Counted from the whole stretch's first letter, positions 50,571 to 63,557 are shown. The stretch: 63,557 bases of DNA, filler included, from Octopus bimaculoides (GCF_001194135.2; 4 parts of 4 records of this genome joined end to end with filler, not necessarily neighbours in it), one strand, 5' to 3'. Notes: generated by a model not told the origin, from the letters alone. Translations and numbers: made by a program.

Positions 50571-51097
50571 ACTTCGTCCTGAATACAAAGAGCAAAAGAA
50601 AACAAAAATGCACTGCTAAAAAAAGGCACTGCAAAATTGTATGATTCTAATTTATTAAGCCTTCTTTCCTCATATGGAGGCCCTGTTCTTTCTTCTTCCT
50701 TCTTCTCTTCTTTTATGTATTTGTATTCACTCTGATGAAGCTCCATGTACTAGATCGGATGTGCTATAAAGATGACGAATATTATTCTCATAATTATCTT
50801 TGGAGGCAACGAATGACATTGGTAACAGAAACGGTTGTAAGCAATGTTAAAGTTTGGTATTAAAAAATAATTAACCGATGGTAGTCAATTTGTTTGTTGA
50901 TCAAAGGTTTTCTCCATTTTCTGCTTATTTAAATTTGATTTCTGATAAACTCTTGTTTATTCTGTTATTACCTGTATCCTATGAGCATAGTATGCTTGCA
51001 TATTCATACCCAGGGTTAACATAGGTAACTTATACCAGTAGTAATAACGGATATTCTTATCCCTTAGACGGTTATTCCAACCGGTAAAGCTACATAC

Positions 51098-51147
<50 letters not shown>

Positions 51148-51169
51148 GTGTGTACGCGCGCCTTTGTCT

Positions 51170-51330
51170 TTGTGTTTGGGTCTGACCCCACAACTTTTCA
51201 ACGTGTTTTGCTGTGTTTACGTCCCCATAACTAAGAGGTTCGACAAAAGAAGGGTGACTATGTACTAGCCTTAAAAGAATAAGTACGGAGCTTTATTCAA
51301 TTGACTAAAACATTTTCAAGGCCATGAGAC
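51170..51330 (+). mobile_element. Degenerate SINE family A 3' half
   Basis: Aligns by eye to 40140-40290. Confidence 0.5.
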
Positions 51331-51949
51331 AATAGGGAAATCATGTTTTCCTGCGTCAGATTGTTGGAGGCATGCTGCCCAACTTGGTTGAAAAGAAATT
51401 TGACATCGAACAAAAAAAAAACGTGGATAGTGTATGTAGCTCCATCGAGGGTAGAGTAGTAAATCGATGTCAAAATTCACCATCAGTTATGACTTTGGTG
51501 GATGTGACAGCCACTGGAAGGTCTACCCTCGATTTTTGTGCCCTCGGGTGTTAAAATTAACACACAGCGACATATTAGCGACATTCTGGAAGCTAAACTG
51601 CTTCAATGGGTAAATGAACACTTTTAAGGCCTCCAACAGGACACACCACGATCACACAACTCTAAACAGACAAAACGCTGGATACAGAAAAGCATTCCAT
51701 CGTTCAAAGGCAAGGATGTATGGTTCTGAAGAAACCTCGATCTCAACCCGTTGAGGGGCTCGCGCACTCCTCGTGCTTCGCTCGACGCTCTGAAGGCAAA
51801 ACAATAATAGGAATGGGGTTCAATTCCGCAAGAACAGCTGCGTGCCGCGTGTGAAGCATACATATCTAGACTTATGTCTGTGATTTGAAACGTAGGTACT
51901 CATTTCGAATAAATGTGGTTGCGCCATAATTGTTTCCGTTAACATTGTA

Positions 51950-52036
51950 TTGCAACGCTCGGATACGAAATATAACAATAATTTGCTTTGGCAGAACTGT
52001 AAAAAGTTGGTTGCCTTAATTTTGGGACACCCAGTA
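51950..52036 (+). mobile_element. Tc1/mariner right-end remnant
   Basis: Ends TTTTGGGACACCCAG-TA, the reverse complement of a C(A/T)GGGTGTCCCAAAA-type TIR. Confidence 0.5.
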
Positions 52037-52037
52037 C

Positions 52038-52088
<51 letters not shown>

Positions 52089-52379
52089 GTGCAGTGTCCA
52101 ACCATTTCGGAGCTGTGGGCTTATGTCGAACGACTGCTGTCACGTGTGGGACGAGTCGGTTTATCAACCGAGTCTATCGTCAATATCGTCACGCCTCCTT
52201 CCTTTAAACGGGAAGGAAGAGCTGTATTTATCGTACTTGTGGCTATGGCCAAAGAATGCATCTGGTGGACGCGTCTGAAAGGATTAGAGACAAATACTTT
52301 CTTTTCTGGTCAATCTCTCATCAACTTTTTCAAGTATCACTTGAAAAGGAAGGTGAGAGTAGAGAGACAAGTGTTGTCT
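52089..52379 (+). mobile_element. L1/Tx1-like ORF2 C-terminal fragment
   Basis: VQCPTISELWAYVERLL...MAKECIWWTRLKG...FFKYHLKRKVRVER resembles the region after the C-terminal zinc finger of L1/Tx1 ORF2; cut by a gap. Confidence 0.6.
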
Positions 52380-52503
52380 NNNNNNNNNNNNNNNNNNNNN
52401 NNNNNNNNNNNNNNNNNNNNNNNTTAATTAATTAANNNNNNNNNNNNNNNNNNNNNNNNNNNNNNNNNNNNNNNNNNNNCATATATACACATATATATGT
52501 GTG

Positions 52504-52537
<34 letters not shown>

Positions 52538-52754
52538 TAGCAATGTTAATTCTCTAAATGAAGTATTAACAGTAACTGCACGATAAAGTGTAGTATATTG
52601 CCACTTAAGTGTGGCTGACCCCTAGGGGTGGATGTTACTGTTGCTTTTAGCCCCAGGAGGACATCTCCTCCAGCTGGCTTATCGACACACGACTGTGTCC
52701 TGTTTGCCAAGGGAGTTATCCCTCTCACCGCGACCAGCAGCACGAACGTTCGTG

Positions 52755-54882
52755 CTGCTGGCCTGGATCGATTACCGAAAGGTTTTTGATAATATTCCCC
52801 ACAGACGAAACGTAGAAACGCAAGCCATGAACAAGGTAGCACCAATAATCATAAAATATATAAAACATCCGTGTTAGAAGAGGAATATTCCAGGGAGACA
52901 GGCTCTCTCCACTCCTTTTCTGCTTGGCACTGACACCTTTATCTGATATGCTTAACAGAACTGGATGTAGATACTACTGTTACTGCAAAACAATCAGTCA
53001 CCTCTTATATATGGATGATCTAAAACTGTACGCTACAAATGATAAACAGCTGGAAATATTACTACAGACAGTACATGGATTTACCAAAGAAACATGAAAT
53101 TTGGCTTAGAAAATTGTACCAAAGCAACCTTGAAAAGAGGAAAACTAGTTATGAGTAGCAACATCACACTAGAAAAAGCAAATGAAATAAGAGAATTATA
53201 CCAAAGCCAGACATACTTAGGAATCAATGAACTAGACGCGATACAACACAAACAAATGAAAGAGAAGATAAGAAAAGAATACTATAGACGAGTTAAATTA
53301 ATACTGAAAACAGAACTCAATGCGAAAAACAAGATAATTGGTATCAACATTCTAACCGTCCAAGTCATAAGTCACAGCTAAAATNNNNNNNNNNNNNNNN
53401 NNNNNNNNNNNNNNNNNNNNNNNNNNNNNNNNNNNNNNNNNNNNNNNNNNNNNNNNNNNNNNNNNNNNNNNNNNNNNNNNNNNNNNNNNNNNNNNNNNNN
53501 NNNNNNNNNNNNNNNNNNNNNNNNNNNNNNNNNNNNNNNNNNNNNNNNNNNNNNNNNNNNNNNNNNNNNNNNNNNNNNNNNNNNNNNNNNNNNNNNNNNN
53601 NNNNNNNNNNNNNNNNNNNNNNNNNNNNNNNNNNNNNNNNNNNNNNNNNNNNNNNNNNNNNNNNNNNNNNNNNNNNNNNNNNNNNNNNNNNNNNNNNNNN
53701 NNNNNNNNNNNNNATAATGACCGGATATAGGATTCACCACCCAAAATCTGACATAGAAAGGTTATATATATAATGTATCGAAGGTAGTAGAAGCCTTATA
53801 CAGCTAGAAAATATAGCAAAATAACTACCATAGGCCTACAGAAATACTTACTTCAGAAGCGAGGAAAACTATTTCAAATAGCCACAAAACACGAACAAAA
53901 GAAAAAACTGTTTTCAGTCTTTAAAGAAACTGAAATATACAAAAAAGAAGTCATAGTAGCTAACAACTATGAAGAAAAAGAGGAAACAACAAAAGCTGTA
54001 AAACAACTGAAATCCAAACTAAAACTGCAACAGCAACGGATCATGTTAAAACGATGGCAAGAAAAGCTCCTCCATGTCAAATACTGGCTTAAATTAAACA
54101 GAAAAGAAATAGACAAAGCAAAATCTCAATAATGGCTGAGGAGCTCAGGACTCAAAGCAGAGACTGAAGGATTTTTATTTGCAGCACAAAATCAAAGCCT
54201 TCCCACCAGAAATTATCAAAGATATGTAATGAAAACAAATGTAACAAGTTACTGCAGAATATGTGGATATGGAGAGAATAAATAAAGCATATTGTTTCTG
54301 GCTGCCCAGTCCTGGCTAAGAAGGAATATATTTACAAACACGACAGAGTTGAGACCTATATATACTGGAAGCTATGCCAACACTATGGAATAACAATAGG
54401 AAAAAGTTGGTATAGGTATACGCCAGAAAAGGTTACAGAAAATGAGAAAGCAACCATAATCTGGGATATGCCAATACACACAGATAGAGAAATTGATCAC
54501 CAAGAGAAAAATGCTTTCTAATCGATGTATCGATACCCACAGATGACAATGTTTCTCTAAAAGAAACGGAGAAACTTTCAAAATACAAAGACCTGGAAAT
54601 AGAGGTAACTCGAATGTGGAATCTAAAAACAGAAACAATTCCTATCATAGGCGAATTAGGTATGATAAAAAATATTTAGACAAATACACAACAAAAACAG
54701 AAGGATTAACAAGTATATATAACATACAGAAAATAGCACTGCTAGGCACCGCACACATCCTACGTAAAACACTTTCAATACAGTAAAAATAAGAGCATCA
54801 CAACAAACCACAGCACATACCCAAGGCACACAGAGCTGCGCTCGTAGTGCAGTGAAAGCACGTGATAAGAATAAAACTACTG
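52755..54882 (+). mobile_element. 5'-truncated decayed R4/Dong-type element (RT C-half, CCHC, RLE, 3' UTR type A)
   Basis: AWIDYRKVFDNIPH, LLYMDDLKLYA, MKFGLENCTK, KEYYRRVKLILKTELNAKNK, WLRSSGLKAETEGFLFAAQNQSL, CRICG...IVSGCPVLA...KHD, KYKDLEIEVTRMW; followed by an (AAT/AAC)n tail. Confidence 0.92.
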
Positions 54883-54914
54883 AATAATAACAACAACAAC
54901 AATAATAAAATTAA

Positions 54915-55254
54915 GTAATTATAAGGACCTGGAAACTGAAATACAAAAGATGTGGCATCTTAAAGCGAGAACTGTTCCTGTTATTGTGAGTGTCCTAGGT
55001 ATGATAAGAAAGGGATGTCAAAAACATCTAGATAATATCCCAGGAGAACTACATCTTAGAGAAATCCAGAAGATTGTACCGCCCACATCCTTAGAAAAAA
55101 CCTATCAATTTACATGTATGTATTGTATGACATGAAGATATTTCGCTACTGACCCTGCCACTTCCCCTCCTCAAGCTTTCAGTCATACTGTAACATCTCT
55201 TATCCTTCACTCGCCCTTGGACGCTAGGTATGTCTCGGCGAATGATTAAAAGTA

Positions 55255-55255
<1 letters not shown>
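54915..55255 (+). mobile_element. Short R4/Dong-type 3' fragment (RLE end plus 3' UTR type B)
   Basis: YKDLETEIQKMWHLKARTVPVIVSVLGMI; 3' UTR matches 61010-61142; followed by (TAA)n 55257-55329. Confidence 0.85.
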
Positions 55256-55329
<74 letters not shown>

Positions 55330-55414
55330 TTCTTTATTAGCCACAAGGGTTTATATTAAGAATTATATTAAGAAAACCATTATGGACAGTACAGGACAAA
55401 ACAAAGTTTAATAA

Positions 55415-57390
55415 TACAAACAAAATAAGCTGTTCACATCTATGCGAAAACATTCTACAGAGAAATAGGGAAGGAGAAAATAACCGTTGAAGACCCCCTC
55501 TCCCATGGAAGAAGGTGAAATATTTTGGAAAAATATCTGGAGTAATGAAAAGATTTACATGAAAATGCAGACTGGATTAGACGCACAGAAGGATCCTACA
55601 AAAACTTACCAGAACAAGCATGGGAAGACATCACAATTGCAGACCTAAGGATGACACTCATCTAAGGATGACACCTGGTAATGATAGGGTACCAAATTTA
55701 TGGCTCGCATCGCTCCCGTGCGCACACGAAAAGTTAGTCCAGTTATTCAATGAAATTATGACAGATCCTACGAAAACTTACTTGCCTACTTCCGAAGAAT
55801 AATGAAACCAAATTTTCCCCAAGATATCGGCCCATAACATGTCTATCTACGTATAAAATTTTAACATCCATCCTGTGGAAAAAACATACAAATTTATGGA
55901 ACAGTGCGATATTTTTTCCACTGAACATAAAAGGTACCGACGAGGCTCATATGGATGCAAAAATCAACTCTTAATCAATCGTATGATCAGCGAGAAATGT
56001 CATAACAAACGCAGAAATATAGGTTCAGAATGGATTGATTGTAAAAAGGCCTTTGACAGCATACTGTATTCATGGATCTTGAAATCGCTGCATATCTTCA
56101 AAATTTTCTTCTCTGATTACAAAGTTCGTGAAGCACTGCATGTTAGTGTGGAAAACGAATCTTCAATTATACCACTCTAATGGAGTACTGACTACAGCAA
56201 AACTATTAATATCAACTGCGGCATTTTCCAAGGTGACTCACTTTGACCTTTAATTTTTTGTATAACCCTAATACCCCTTACAAGTGAACTTAAAAGAACA
56301 GGATGTGGATATAAAATTGGCTACAAAAAAAAAAGTCATCTATTTTATATGGATGACTTAAAACTATATGGCAAAGACGATAATGAGCTTGAAGGACTAC
56401 TACGTACTCTGAAAGCATTCAGTGATGACATTGGGATGGAATTTGGTCTTGATAAATGTGCCATGGCCACTTTCCAGGAAGGGAAATTGAAGACCTCACA
56501 TTCAGTGGTGTTGGATGTTGACACAGTCATAAAAGAACTCGAGCTGGATCAAATTTACAAATACCTCGGAATAAATGAGGGCTCTGGCATTTAGCATGCA
56601 AGCATGAACGAGAAGATCAGGAAAGAATGTTACAGGAGAGTTCGAGCAGTTCTAAAATCCGAGTTAAAAACACGTAACAAGATGTTAGCTATAAATTCCT
56701 TAGCAGTTTCGGTTATTATTTACAGTTTTAATGTGTTGAACTGGAATATGAGCGAAATAAGGCAGATTGTCAGGAAAATCCGTAAGCTGCTGACTTGCAA
56801 TAAGATGCACCACCCAAAGGTAGACGCAGATCGTCTTTACCTATCAGAGCTCAAGGAGGTTGAGGCTTGATCCAGTTTGAAATCTCTTGCAAAACCACTA
56901 CAATTGGACTGGCAAAATATTTAGAAATATCTAGCGACTGGATGCTAAAAAGCTCGTTGAAAAGCAGGAAAGACGTAAGAAGTTCCATTCTGCCATGGTT
57001 GAACAGCATGATGGAAGTGCAGCAACTGTAGTTGCAAAGAAGGGGAAAACAATAGCAAATCAAAATGCGTTTGAACAATTGGCTGATAGGTGGGAACAAA
57101 TCCTCTACCTGGCAAATATGTGATCCGTAGCAAATAAGCTGATGTTGACCAGAAGCACACCCATCAGTGGCTACGGAGCTCGGGGCTAAAGGCAGATAGT
57201 AAAGGTTTTATCTTGGATGCTCAAGATCAAATCTTATTGATGCAGAACTACCAAGCCAATATGATGAAAAATGGAGTAGACCCAAAGTGCCGATACTGCA
57301 ACGATGGGATTGAAACAGTGGACTAGCTAATCTCTGGGTGTAAGGCTTTAGCACCATCCATGCAGGAAGTACAAAATGTCTTAACTGGTA
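55415..57390 (+). mobile_element. Decayed R4/Dong-type element (RT through CCHC; RLE missing)
   Basis: FWKNIWS, RYRPITCL, YGCKNQLLIN, WIDCKKAFDS, GIFQGDSL, FYMDDLKLYG (56346), FGLDKCA, KECYRRVRAVLKSEL, MHHPKVDADRLY, CRYCNDGIETV. Confidence 0.92.
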
Positions 57391-57559
57391 CGTCACAAGT
57401 ATTGAGAAGAGTACTATCGCTGTGAATTTTCTTTCTTTTTCCCCCTTTATTTTCTTTGTTTACATTTTAATTTTTATTGTTCCTTTTCCTCTGTCTTTCT
57501 CCCCCCTTTTATTTTAATGGCCTACAATGTATACAGTGCATTTCTCTGCCCTAGGTATC

Positions 57560-60500
57560 AGGAAGACATTCGGAAAGGAATGGAAACAGAATTGAAAGAA
57601 GATGATAATGAAAATAATGAAAACAACAACAACAATAACAAAAAACAATAAACAAAAAAAAAACAAAAAACAAAAACAAAACGCATGAATGGACTAGAGA
57701 GGATTACAGAGATGTGATGAAAGCTTTCTATACAGCCCAACTAAACCCCAATAGTAACCTCATTGTACGGCAATGAAGTACGCAGATATATAGTTGTAAT
57801 AGACTAAGTAATGTACGTAAAGACATCATTAAGAATAAAAGGTTAACTGCCGCTGAAATTATCCAAATTAGGACACAAATATCTCATGGTAGACCGAATG
57901 AGAACAGTAACAATGCAGATGAAATAGGTAACAGATGCACAGAACCCAGTGCATGAGCAGTACATGCCAACGAGGAAGCTGAAGAAAGAATAGCGAAGAA
58001 CAGATATGTGGAAAAAGAGGGGAAAGTAGAATAGGTATGACACAGAATCTGAGGTGAATAATAAAGAGAAGATCATTAAAGTAAAAGAAGACATTATCAG
58101 AGAACTCAGCAAGACTGAGTCTACTGACATCATCAATACAGATCCACTGGCAGAGTCCTCAAACAACATAAAAAACAACATAATCATGATATATAATGTT
58201 GCTCATAGACAGATCTTAAGTTATAAGAGAGATGATCTAACAATCTTAAATAACCTCATCTGCTAAAATTGTAACCGGTGAACTAGGTATCAGGATGACA
58301 TAGATAAGGACCAACCATGTAAATAGACCTCCCAAGTGATAAGTAGCAATACAAAAAGAGATCAAATAAGTAAATGTTAAGACGAAACGAGCTAGAAAAT
58401 TCAAGCAAAAATATAAAATCGAAGATTTTATAAACCTCCCTGCAACCAAAGAAATAGTGAAACAACGAATACAACTGAAAGCCCAACGGCTTAGAAGGTA
58501 TGACAAAAGAATCAAAGTTTTTCGACGAAACAAGGTATTCAAGACGGTTGCAAGAAATGTTATAGGGAAATTGGTAAAAGTGAGATAGAAGTAAAGGAGC
58601 CACCTAAGACCGAGGAAATGGAAGAGTTCTGGAAGAAAATATGGAGCAACAAAAAAGAATATAATGCTAAAGCTGATTGGATAGAGCGTAAGAAAATGAG
58701 ACCGGGTGAAGTTGAAGAGCAGAAATGGAAGGCAATAGAAATAGAAGAGCTAAAATGTGTTCTTAGGAAGTCTCACAAACTCCAGGACTGGACCGAATTC
58801 CTAACTTCTGGCTAAATTGCCTGACAGAAGTACATTAAAATTTAGCTGCATCTCTGACTGATGTCATCCAGAACCCAGAGCAAATACCTGCCTGGCTGAC
58901 TGAAGGAACAGCATATCTTGTACCAAAAACTAAAGACAAAAAACATTCAAAGAACTACCGACCAATAACATGTCTCAACACCACCTACCAGATCCTCACA
59001 TTCGTATTAACTGACAGAATATACGCTTTCCTTGAACGGAGATCTATCCTTCCACAAGCTCAAATACGCTGTAAAAGGAATTCTTACGGGTGCAAAGATC
59101 AATTACTCATAAGTAAAATGATTGTAGAGACTTGCCGGAGCAAAAAGAAAGACCTGAGTATGACATGGATAGATTGCAGGAAAGCGTTTGATAGTGTGCC
59201 ACATAATTGGATACTTAAGGCCCTTGAAATATATAAGATCTCTTCTGTCATCTCCAAATTCTTACAAGGAATCATGACCAAGTAGAACACACATCTCCTA
59301 AACCGTAGTAATGGAATGAGCCAAACTAACAACATCAACATCAAACGAGGCATCTTTCAAGGTGACTCCCTCTCCCCATACTCTTTTGCATGGTACTGAT
59401 CCCACTCTCAAACGAGCCTAATAACACCAAGTATGGGTTCAAAGTTTACAATACGACAATGTACCATCTGTTTTATAAGGAACATCTGAAGATGTTTGCT
59501 AGAAATGACGGAGAGCTAGTAGGGCTGCCAACAACTGTTAAAGAATTCATCAATGACATTGGGATGGATTTTGGCCTTGATTAGTGTGCTAAAGAAACTT
59601 TTGTAACAGGCAAGCTCAGGCAAGCAACTTCCATTAAATTAAATACCGACACTACCATCAAGGAGCTTGACCCACAGGAAAATTACAAATACCTGGGGAT
59701 GAACGAAGGAGATGATATGCAACTTGCTACTATGAAGAATGAAAATACGAAAAGAATATTACAAGAGAATAAGATTCATACTAAAAACTGAACTCAACTC
59801 TAAAAATCGCATCGAAGTCATTAACACCCTGGCACTTCAAGTATTCTAATATAGTTTTTAACATCGTTAACTGGAATCTTACAGGGCTCCAACACCTGGA
59901 CAGGAAGAAAGAAAACTACTAACTTCTAAGAACATGCACCACCCAAAAGCAGATGTTGATTGTCTGTACCTACCTAGAAGTAATAGGAGAAGAAGTATGA
60001 TGCAGGCAGAACTGTGCTATAAGACATTCACAATAACAGTGAACAGGTGCTTATCTTGTACAGAGGACTGGACGTTGCGACTTGTGTGCAAACACGAAAG
60101 CATAAAAAAAAATCACATTCAGTTGTCAAGGAAGCTTACAAGTTCGCAAGGGAACTTAGCATTAACCCTGAAATAGTTGAAGAATCTGAAACCACTGCCA
60201 CAAATTAAGCAAAACAGATCAAGCAGACAGCAAAAAAGAACGGGCAGAAACAAATTGAGGAGCGGTGGAGCCAGAAGCCTCTGCATGGACAGTATATTCT
60301 TCGAAATCGAAATACTGATGTAAACCAAACAACAACCAATCAGTGGCTGAGAGGTTCATGACTGAAAGCAGAGACTGACGGTTTCATATTGGCAGCACAA
60401 AATCAAAGCTTGCTCACAAAAGACTACCAGGCTAACGTTCGTTCTTCAAAACAGTTTTGACCAGAAACAATAGACCATCTCGTCTCGGGATGTCCTGTGC

Positions 60501-61142
60501 TGATACCAAACGAATATAAAAATCGCCACGATAGGGTAGGTCAGTAATTATACTGGAAAATATTTAAGCACTAAAAAATCAACACTCCTACTTACTGATA
60601 CGAACATCACCCCGAGCCAGCCGTTGAAGGTAAAAATGCCACGATCCTCTGGGATTTTCCAGTCAACACTGACAGAACAATCCAGGCTAATCAACCAGAC
60701 ATTATTATTAAAGACGAGGAAGAAAATACTTGTACACTAATAGATGTAAGTGTTCCCACTGATAAGAATATATCTGTCAAGGAATTTGATAAAGAAAGTA
60801 GACATAAGGACCTGGAAATTGAAATACAAAAAATGTGGCATCTTAAAACGAGAACTGTTCCTGTTATTGTGGGTGCCCTAGGTATAATAAAAAAGGGATG
60901 TTAGAAACATCTATATAAGATCCCAGTAGAATCACGTCTCAGAGAAATCGAAAAGATTGTGCAAACAAGTACTGCCCACATCCTTAAAAAACTCTATCCA
61001 TTTAAATGTCTGTGTTGTATTACATGAAGATATTTCACTAGCTCCCATCCCTAAGCTTTCTGTCATATTGTAATATCCTTCACTCGCCCCAGAACGCTGA
61101 GTGTGTCTCGGCAAGTGACTATGCCAAAGATGCAGATTAAAA
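57560..61142 (+). mobile_element. Near-full-length decayed R4/Dong-type element (N-terminal domain, RT, CCHC remnant, RLE, 3' UTR type B)
   Basis: WTREDYRDVMKAFY, FWKKIWS, NYRPITCLNTTY, WIDCRKAFDSVPH, RGIFQGDSLSP, YKEH (YMDD destroyed), MHHPKADVD, ILWDFPVNTDRTIQANQPDII, LIDVSVP; (TAA)n tail 61143-61198. Confidence 0.92.
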
Positions 61143-61200
<58 letters not shown>

Positions 61201-61644
61201 ATTTTTTTCTGCCATACAAAGCACAGGTTCTCCTATGCACGATGTCTCAGTGAAAAACGTGCGATCACACACGCAAAATCAACACCGGAAAGTTTACAAA
61301 CTATATAAAAAAAAAGAAATGGAGCAAAATAGTAAGTACATATATTGAATAATTACGCATACACACGAACGTCTACACAATGATATATACGTTTTGATAC
61401 CCATAGAACTACACATGCATCTTAATGTTTACACAACTACGTGAAATTCACAGGACACACTCACGCATACGAAAGCACGTATCACAAACGAAGCAAAAAC
61501 AAAACCCTTTTTTTCTTCTTTATTTATTTTCATTTTGTGAACAAACACAGACAGAGTGAACTATTCATAAGTTTAAAACGTCACAAAAAAAATACACTAT
61601 GCCCGCAGATAAATTTATCAACAAAAAAATACAGACGAATACCG

Positions 61645-63557
61645 ATCTGCTAGCCTTAAGAAACTACGCTACGAGCAATGTTTACATGCTGAGAACTCGG
61701 TGACGGTGTTGTCTCAAAAAATTGACCCTAAACAGACAAATGTGTCCCCTAATGTCAACGCCAAAGTTCGTCATGCCTCAGTGATAACAAAGCAGATTAC
61801 AAACCAGATTGGTCATCGACCGAATCACAAAGGGCCACGTACTCGATATAGATCTGTTAGCGCTAAGAAGCTACGTCACGAGAGCTCGGAGACGGTGTTG
61901 TCTCAAAAATTAACCCTAAACAGACAGATCCGTCCCCTAGCGTCAACGTCGAAGCTTGTTATGCCTCACTGTTAACAAAACAAAATACAAACCGAAATGG
62001 TCACCGACCGTATTATAAAGGACCACGTACTCGAATGATGAACCAGATTCGAGACGAGAAATCTGCTACTGGTTCACATCTTCCCGACACACAGGAGCTG
62101 GAAGTACCCCACAACCGGAATATTCCAACAGATGGCCATCCATGCTCATCACAAACAACCAAAAGAAAAAGAATGAAAAATGGTCTAGGGAAGATAATAA
62201 AGAAGTTCTTGTGGCCTTCTACCATGCCATATATTTCCCCNNNNNNNNNNNNNNNNNNNNNNNNNNNNNNNNNNNNNNNNNNNNNNNNNNNNNNNNNNNN
62301 NNNNNNNNNNNNNNNNNNNNNNNNNNNNNNNNNNNNNNNNNNNNNNNNNNNNNNNNNNNNNNNNNNNNNNNNNNNNNNNNNNNNNNNNNNNNNNNNNNNN
62401 NNNNNNNNNNNNNNNNNNNNNNNNNNNNNNNNNNNNNNNNNNNNNNNNNNNNNNNNNNNNNNNNNNNNNNNNNNNNNNNNNNNNNNNNNNNNNNNNNNNN
62501 NNNNNNNNNNNNNNNNNNNNNNNNNNNNNNNNNNNNNNNNNNNNNNNNNNNNNNNNNNNNNNNNNNNNNNNNNNAAAGAAACATTATGAAAAAAAAATTA
62601 CTAACCGAAGTAGAGATTGACCAAATTAAACAAGCAGTAAGGGATAAAAAGAATGAAACTGCAGCTAAAGAAGATACTACAGAGGAAATAATTATAAACC
62701 AGCCCAAGGCTGATGAAAATACAGTAATAATTGAAGGAGTTAATGTAACTGATAGGCAAAGTGAAATACTCTCTGAACCAACCATAAACACTAAGGCAGG
62801 TGAAAATCAAATAGATGAAGAAAGTCATACAGAAATCGACGCAACAGAACTACATGACCTAAAAAATCAAACCATGATTGAATGGCTGAAAATTGAAGAA
62901 ATCAGAATGAATGAACGCGACACTCTCCCAAAAATTCGCAATTTTAACCAAAACCTGAAAATAATTGGTAAAATCCGCCTTGCACTTAAGGATATAATTT
63001 CAGCTAATGATGTTGATATTACAGATCTCAACCACCTGTACTATGCATCCGCAAAATCTCAACGGTTCTATGTGATTAGAAAACGACAACACGCCCACAA
63101 GAGCGCATTCAACACCAAATTAAGCTACTTAGATCTGACATAGAATGTTTGAAAAACCTTAAATTTGACAAGAGTATCAAACCTACAAAGACCCAAAAAC
63201 TAAAGAAAAAAATATATTGTGAAAACCATAGTTGACATTGATGCCACCATATAAACCATCAAGCAAAAGGTATGTGCTAAAGCTGTCCGTATAGCAAGGT
63301 ATGAAAAGCGTGTTAGATTCTTCAGAGATAATAACATGTTCAAAAATAACCCCAAAAATTTCTACAAGAAGATAGGGAAAACACCAGTAACAATAAAGTC
63401 TGTCCCATCAAAAGAAGAAGTGCAGGAATTTTGGAATAAAATCTGGGCAGAAGATAAAACACACAATGAAAAGGGCCCTTGGATTGATAGAATATCTACA
63501 GACTTAGACTCCTTAGAGGAGAAAAAGTGGGAGGGGTCAAGGTAGAAGATATAAGAT
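61645..63557 (+). mobile_element. R4/Dong-type element 5' half with duplicated 5' leader (runs off window end)
   Basis: From 62035: KRKRMK, then WSREDNKEVLVAFYHAIYFP...RNIMKKKLLTEVEIDQIK, and FKNNPKNFYKKIG...QEFWNKIW. Confidence 0.88.

Noticed and set aside
50732-50845. Second hammerhead-like motif (CTGATGA ... GAAAC-GGTT-GTA)
   Set aside because: The 89-nt stem II region has no convincing closing helix and stem I has only 2 bp; at best a dead remnant.

Overview
Eukaryotic, AT-rich, gap-riddled, repeat-dominated genomic window; the two tRNA-derived SINE families and dense microsatellites point to an octopus (coleoid cephalopod) assembly (recognition from memory, not a database hit). I find no intact host gene, rRNA, tRNA or CRISPR array. 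The sequence is a graveyard of decayed transposons: nine R4/Dong-type RLE non-LTR retrotransposon relics (all + strand; five lie head-to-tail over the last ~11 kb, several bounded by (TAA)n), a near-full-length CR1 and a CR1 fragment, an RTE 3' end, an L1/Tx1-like 3' end, an ORF1-only LINE-like element, two Gypsy relics (one with 5' LTR and PBS, one internally deleted with both LTRs), Penelope pieces (a GIY-YIG fragment and a minimal hammerhead ribozyme motif), Tc1 (DD34E), mariner, hAT, a Helitron helicase fragment, a ~600-bp MITE and many SINEs. Best leads: the polarised R4/Dong array, a 2.4-kb degenerate 20-bp tandem array with an internal inversion (23555-25985), and possible heavily decayed cadherin/protocadherin-like sequence at ~41150-45330 (suggestive only). 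Boundaries of decayed elements are approximate (tens of bp), and all translations and alignments were done by eye.
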